64,000 nucleotides of DNA from Octopus vulgaris. Its lineage: Eukaryota. The notes beneath the pieces were generated by a model, which did no database searches, was not told the origin of the DNA, and saw only the letters and a program-made list of their open reading frames with translations. The stretch covers positions 143,406,001 to 143,470,000 of the forward strand of contig OX597817.1 of NCBI GenBank assembly GCA_951406725.2, given 5' to 3'. A program made the position numbers and the translations under genes. Shown here piece by piece: positions 63,679 through 64,000 of the stretch (the stretch's first letter is position 1; every line of letters begins with the position of its first letter).

Positions 63679-64000
63679 CTAGCAGTATCACCCGCCGTTG
63701 CTCAATTTGTTTCGACCCTTTAGAATTGGAATTTTTGTAAAGTAAAAATTTTGCATTATGTAGCCTGTTATTCTTTTTAATTGAACATTTTTCTGGTTGA
63801 AATACACCGAAAAATGACAACACAGCAGTCAAAAAATCGTAAAAAATAGGGATTTTCATAGAAAAAAAGCACCTTTTTGATGTAAATAATTTTTGGTCTT
63901 AACATGGTCCAATTTGAATTTTATCTTTTACGGGAGGAAGAGCAAGCCTTCTTCTATCATACTCTCAATTTTGGTCAACTTGCGCCACAGGGTCTTAGAG
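63679..64000 (-). mobile_element. Helitron-like 3' end (element continues beyond the window)
   Basis: The minus strand ends ...gagcaacggcgggtgatactgCTAG|t, a GC-rich subterminal hairpin remnant about 10 nt before CTAG followed by T. Confidence 0.55.

Overview
AT-rich, microsatellite-dense eukaryotic genomic DNA. The repeat families and a 5S copy beginning GCTTA suggest a coleoid cephalopod, probably an octopus; this is inference. Only one host gene is supportable. It lies on the minus strand, and two phase-compatible exons are visible (9413-9252 and 4203-3317), encoding a hydrophobic transmembrane segment followed by a low-complexity tail with three PPxY motifs. No further exon was found in the ~54 kb upstream. 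The rest is mostly mobile DNA: at least five SINE-like families (many copies, some concatemeric), hAT, Tc1/mariner and TTAA-type MITEs, a Helitron end, relics of Tx1/L1, R4/Dong-like and Penelope-like retroelements, and simple repeats. Almost all ORFs in the supplied track are repeat artefacts. The most unusual signals are: (i) a TSD-flanked element combining a tRNA-like Pol III head with two inverted copies of a Penelope-type minimal hammerhead ribozyme, one intact and sense to the host intron (4795-5239); (ii) several other foldback elements with hammerhead remnants; (iii) a full-length 5S rRNA copy fused to the 3' tail of the dominant tRNA-SINE (44171-44359); (iv) many long hairpins that could give dsRNA in the host pre-mRNA. 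Repeat boundaries were read by eye and are approximate.
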